From Candidatus Omnitrophota bacterium (lineage in GTDB: Bacteria > Omnitrophota > Gorgyraeia > Zapsychrales > Fredricksoniimonadaceae), in the NCBI GenBank assembly GCA_015232565.1, contig JADFZK010000004.1:11907-75906 (forward strand): DNA of 64,000 nucleotides, given 5' to 3'. The notes beneath the pieces are model-generated. The model had not been told where the DNA came from and searched no databases. It saw nothing but the letters and a program-made list of their open reading frames with translations. Below are positions 60,247 to 64,000 of the stretch, piece by piece (position 1 is the stretch's first letter; each line of letters starts with the position of its first letter). Position numbers and translations under genes: made by a program.

Positions 60247-60696
60247 CTAAAGCCCGGAAAGCTTCTCCCTTACCATGTCGCTAACCAGCTTCCCGTCCGC
60301 GCGGCCCGCCACTTTGTCCAACACCAGCTTAACCACCTTGCCCATATCCTTCATGGACACCGCCCCTGCCTCGCCAACCGCTCCGGCAACAATAGCCTTA
60401 AGCTCATCAGCGTTCATCTCCTGGGGCAAATACGCCTTCATCAATTCCACTTCAAACTTTTCCTTGGCGGCCAGATCCATCCGGGACCCTTTTTCAAACT
60501 GCTCTATAGAATCCTGACGCTGTTTGATCTGTTTTTTTATGACCGCGATGACACCTTGATCATCCAAAGCCTCAAGGCGGCTATCGACCTTAACTTGCTT
60601 GATCATGGCGCGCAAATAACTCAAAGCTTCCGACCGCGCCTTATCCCTGGCCTTCATGGCCTCGATATAATCCTTGTTAACCTTTTCTTCCAGCAT
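60247..60696 (-). CDS. yqeY: GatB/YqeY domain protein
   Basis: AMKARDK, KQRQDSIEQF, YLPQEM, MKDMGKV, GRADGKLVS. Confidence 0.93.
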   Translation of the reverse strand: MLEEKVNKDYIEAMKARDKARSEALSYLRAMIKQVKVDSRLEALDDQGVIAVIKKQIKQRQDSIEQFEKGSRMDLAAKEKFEVELMKAYLPQEMNADELKAIVAGAVGEAGAVSMKDMGKVVKLVLDKVAGRADGKLVSDMVREKLSGL

Positions 60697-60741
60697 AAAT
60701 ACCCCTTATGGAATTTATAATGATATTAGGCAGACTACGTA

Positions 60742-60972
60742 TTACACAGCGTTTAAGGTTTTTATATTAATTACTTTGTTTCGGGATTTCAATCCCTTTA
60801 TTATCTCAATTGCCGAACCCCGCACCCCGAAATGACGGCCCAAGAAACCGACCAGCGCCTCATTAGCGCGCCCGTCGACAGGAGGTGCAGTAAGATAAAC
60901 CTTGATCAAGCCGCCCTCTTCCTTATAAAGGTCTTTCTTTGCTCCTGGCATCACCTTAATGTTCAAAATCAT
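60742..60972 (-). CDS. yggU: UPF0235/DUF167 family protein
   Basis: VMPGAKK, APPVDGRANEALV, GLKSRNK. Confidence 0.9.
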   Translation of the reverse strand: MILNIKVMPGAKKDLYKEEGGLIKVYLTAPPVDGRANEALVGFLGRHFGVRGSAIEIIKGLKSRNKVINIKTLNAV

Positions 60973-61017
60973 GCGGCCCCTGGTCTGAATAAATATGAAA
61001 GACCTGTATTGTATGAT

Positions 61018-61069
61018 AAAAAAACTGCCCTATTCCCAAGGCCCGAAAGGGACTTGAATAATAGGGCAG
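61018..61069 (-). terminator. Rho-independent terminator
   Basis: Minus strand hairpin CTGCCCTATT...AATAGGGCAG with an inner stem, followed by T7, about 20 bp after the stop at 61089. Confidence 0.8.
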
Positions 61070-61088
61070 GGAAGATATCACTATAAAG

Positions 61089-61814
61089 TTATTTATTAAT
61101 GAATTTTACGTCAAGATTCATTCGGGTCTGGCCATAAGTGGTCACGGATTTATCCTGGCCGTCCTTCACCATATAACCGCCGTTACCATAAACCGCTTCC
61201 AGCCGGTCATGCTCTTTCTGCGCGGCCACATGTACCTCATAAGCCACCCGACGCAAAACACCAATGTTCTTCTTGACCATCCGGATATGCTGTTTAAATA
61301 CCTGGACCTTGGCCCGCCCTTCATTCTCGTCAGAAATATCGGGTTGAAAAACCGCCAGTTCCTTGCGAACACCCTGCAATTCCAGATCCATCTTTTTGCT
61401 CTTCTTCTTGAACACCGCTATCATCGTCTCCAGGCCCTCGCCCTTTTGCGCCGCCCGGGCTTTATAACGTTCCAACGCCGTAATGCTGGTCTTCAACTGG
61501 TCATTCACCTGTTGAACGGAAGAAAGTTCACTGCGAGTCAAAGTAAGGTCGTTATTGGCCTCCTCCAGCTCCTTGGTAAGATCGACCAGACGCTGATTAG
61601 CATCATCCAACGCCACTTTGGTTACTTTATATTCATTGGTCATATAGCGATAGTTCTGTGACTGGCTGACCGCGGTCTTTTCGCCGGTAACCACGACTTC
61701 TTCGAGAGTGCGATAATTAAAAACAAAGATCACAAAACTAACTAGCGACAACAACGCAGCCAACCCCCACATGATCAGCCTGATCTTATTATTCTTGATA
61801 ATGTCTTCTGCCAT
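61089..61814 (-). CDS. Membrane-anchored coiled-coil hypothetical protein
   Basis: N-terminal TM (LIMWGLAALLSLVSFVIFVF) followed by long heptad-rich helices; GAAGG RBS. Confidence 0.8.
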   Translation of the reverse strand: MAEDIIKNNKIRLIMWGLAALLSLVSFVIFVFNYRTLEEVVVTGEKTAVSQSQNYRYMTNEYKVTKVALDDANQRLVDLTKELEEANNDLTLTRSELSSVQQVNDQLKTSITALERYKARAAQKGEGLETMIAVFKKKSKKMDLELQGVRKELAVFQPDISDENEGRAKVQVFKQHIRMVKKNIGVLRRVAYEVHVAAQKEHDRLEAVYGNGGYMVKDGQDKSVTTYGQTRMNLDVKFINK

Positions 61815-61848
61815 ACTTACCCTTCGATCTTCCTTTAGTGTACTGCCA

Positions 61849-62253
61849 TTAACGAATATTCCAGGATGTATCGGTTATCCCGGAACCTAAACCAAATAGC
61901 GCCCCCGCCGATTTGTCCACAATGCGCGTTCCAATAGCTGTTTCATACGAACTGGAAAGATCTTTGAATTCCAGGCCATAGTAATAATATCCAGCCCCTT
62001 CCCGGACCGTCTTGCCCCAGACCATCCTGGCCAGGGGAGGAACGAAAATGCTTTCGGCGGGCTCAACCGCTTTAAGCATCACCAGAAAGTCTTTCTCCAC
62101 GTTAACAAAAACCTTGGTTTCCAACATAGCGCCCGAGATACTGATATTCCGCAAAATGCCTTTACCATCCACACCGATCCGGTCGATATACCAGCGCACC
62201 GGTATGTCATCCCTGACCCTCAGGTGCCTGCGTTGCCCTTCATCTTTTATCAT
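61849..62253 (-). CDS. PilZ-domain (c-di-GMP-binding) protein
   Basis: QRRHLR (RxxxR) and NISISG ([DN]xSxxG), ARMVW, GLEF; ATG 62253 chosen because the promoter lies at 62284-62312. Confidence 0.88.
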   Translation of the reverse strand: MIKDEGQRRHLRVRDDIPVRWYIDRIGVDGKGILRNISISGAMLETKVFVNVEKDFLVMLKAVEPAESIFVPPLARMVWGKTVREGAGYYYYGLEFKDLSSSYETAIGTRIVDKSAGALFGLGSGITDTSWNIR

Positions 62254-62283
62254 TTCAAGGCCTTTCGAAACAAATTTCCGGGT

Positions 62284-62312
62284 ATTATATCCATTCCCTC
62301 CGTCTATGACAA
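62284..62312 (-). promoter_or_regulatory. sigma70 promoter upstream of the PilZ gene
   Basis: TTGTCA-17 bp-TATAAT, near consensus. Confidence 0.75.
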
Positions 62313-62378
62313 GAAAAATTAGTGGCCCCCAGAAACCAATCACAACAAGCGGCCCGAAATCAGCTCAACTTGCCCACA

Positions 62379-63845
62379 TTATTTGCTCTTGAGAAAAGAA
62401 TTAAACAGATCGCCCACCGCCTTGCCGACTGCTGGGTCACCCAATACTTTCTCCAGCTCGTGCTGACCACGCTTCAGCAGGATCTTTTTCGTCAAATAAT
62501 CAATGTCCGGCATGACCTTGGGCTTAAGCATCGGGCCCTTAACCGAAAAAGGCATATACACCCGTCCGTCATTCTTTTTTAAACCTTCCAGTTCGGGAAC
62601 CTTATTAACCAGGACCAGGGAAAGCGGCGCCGCAATAAACAATTTCGCCGCCAGGTCCAGATCTTGCCGCAGTAAATGCGCCGTCCCCTCACAGGAAAGC
62701 GCCAGGTCTCGGGTAATAACCTCAGCATTACGCAAAGTCAAAAGCTCCGGGCTAACCTGGGCCAGCAATTCCATCCGGTCAATAACCGTTATGCCCTGAC
62801 GAATATCTGCCTGCGTCTCCGGAGGCAGATCCAGCAAAACAGTGTTTAGCAGATCCGGGAACATCGTGATACTCTTTAAACCAGCCGCCAGGACATTAAT
62901 CCCTTCCAGGACGGCAGACCGGGCATCCACGGCCACTTCGGACTCCAGCTCCTGGAGACCTTTGGCACCCAAAACCGCTTTTGCTACCCTTACCTCTAAT
63001 GTGCCTTTGGCGGTCTTAAACCCGGCAGGCTGTAACATCGGCAAAGCCTTGTTCAAACGTTCTGGTACAATCTTGTCCAGCGCCAGAATGGCCTTGACCG
63101 CCTCAAACTTTACCGCCAGTTTTAACAGGTCGATCCCGGCGCGTCCGGTAACCTTTAAATTTTCCGCCTCAGAGAACACGGCCGCGCTCAGCACCAGGTC
63201 GCAAGGCGCGGTTAAAGAAAAATCCTTAATATCCAGATCGATCTTTTCGACATCCAGCGCGATCGCCGGTTCGAAAAGACGGTCATAATAATGTACCACC
63301 CCGGCTTTAACATTAAGCTTCTTAACCAACAAGGCCGGCAAAGCCGCCGCAGAACCCGCAGGACCCGAGGAGAGCGCCGGTGGAGCAATGGCCGCTTCTT
63401 TAACCCCAGGCACTGACTCAGACGTGACCACCTTCGTCACCGGCCCGATAGCCGCGGCATTGATATTGCCATCCTTGGCCCGGATGATCGTCAACTCCGG
63501 TGAAATAATACTCACCTCGGAGATCACCAGGCTTCTTTCCAAAAGCGCCACCTTAACATCAACGGCCAAAAGCACCTGGCCGGCTTTTAAAAAAGACTGA
63601 TCCGAAAAACGCGGATCGTCAGAAAGGCTCACATTATTCAAGATCAGGACCACCCCCTTGTTAAAAGAGAGCGCCAGCCGGGCATTACCCACCTTTAATT
63701 CCCGGCCAGTGTTTTGAGCTACCAGCTCGACGACCTGCGGGACATAACGATTGACGTCCAGAGTGCTTATGAACCACCAACCGCCGATAATAAGCACCAA
63801 AAACAAACCAGCCAGAATAACTAATCCGAGTTTTAAAGCTTTCAC
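62379..63845 (-). CDS. AsmA-family protein
   Basis: N-terminal TM followed by LDVNRY...TGREL, VSLSDDPRFS, PELTIIRAKDGNIN; C-terminal MPFSVKGPMLKPKVMPD; GTG 63845 with AGAGG RBS. Confidence 0.85.
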   Translation of the reverse strand: MKALKLGLVILAGLFLVLIIGGWWFISTLDVNRYVPQVVELVAQNTGRELKVGNARLALSFNKGVVLILNNVSLSDDPRFSDQSFLKAGQVLLAVDVKVALLERSLVISEVSIISPELTIIRAKDGNINAAAIGPVTKVVTSESVPGVKEAAIAPPALSSGPAGSAAALPALLVKKLNVKAGVVHYYDRLFEPAIALDVEKIDLDIKDFSLTAPCDLVLSAAVFSEAENLKVTGRAGIDLLKLAVKFEAVKAILALDKIVPERLNKALPMLQPAGFKTAKGTLEVRVAKAVLGAKGLQELESEVAVDARSAVLEGINVLAAGLKSITMFPDLLNTVLLDLPPETQADIRQGITVIDRMELLAQVSPELLTLRNAEVITRDLALSCEGTAHLLRQDLDLAAKLFIAAPLSLVLVNKVPELEGLKKNDGRVYMPFSVKGPMLKPKVMPDIDYLTKKILLKRGQHELEKVLGDPAVGKAVGDLFNSFLKSK

Positions 63846-63871
63846 GTTTTGTCCTCTATTGGGTGGAGAGA

Positions 63872-64000
63872 TCAATGATGGGTGAGTGCATCCAGGCGTT
63901 CTTTCTGAGCCATCATCCGCTCACGCTGGGCCTGGGCGCGCTCCTGGTTGTCAATAGACTTCTGCCTGAGCGCTTCCATCTTATCGGCCAGAGCCTGATT
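63872..64000 (-). CDS. Partial coiled-coil hypothetical protein (C-terminus only)
   Basis: Open frame NQALADKMEALRQKSIDNQERAQAQRERMMAQKERLDALTHH* from the window edge. Confidence 0.6.
   Translation of the reverse strand, partial: NQALADKMEALRQKSIDNQERAQAQRERMMAQKERLDALTHH

Noticed and set aside
61018-61075. Structured ncRNA (long hairpin with a GAAA-capped inner stem on the plus strand)
   Set aside because: Only about 45 bp, followed by T7 on the minus strand just after a stop codon; a terminator explains it

Overview
Bacterial window in which every credible gene lies on the minus strand. In transcription order (64000 to 1), a housekeeping block comes first: AsmA-family protein, PilZ protein, coiled-coil protein, YggU/DUF167, YqeY, CE4 deacetylase, GH161-like glucan phosphorylase, gcvT-gcvH-gcvPA-gcvPB, lipoate ligase, S41 peptidase, an orphan membrane-anchored ATP synthase delta-like protein, two GT2 glycosyltransferases and DUF2304. 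It is followed by a ~47-kb co-directional cluster: GspC/PilP-like protein, secretin, TPR protein, two secreted FGE-sulfatase-fold paralogues, a 10,962-aa secreted giant protein, a secreted internally duplicated membrane-anchored protein, a non-canonical F-type ATPase set (alpha, short epsilon, two different c subunits, b-delta fusion, gamma, beta, with no subunit a), and a GspE/PilB ATPase that runs off the window edge. The giant protein is built from ~800 13-aa G[IV]NWxD[ILV]xx[LM][ST]xx repeats that stay in exact register for over 30 kb. The main candidate system is this secretin + giant repeat protein + a-less F1/c-ring module. The gene content resembles what I recall for Candidatus Omnitrophota, but taxonomy is inference only. 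All family calls come from motif recognition by eye; no database searches were run.
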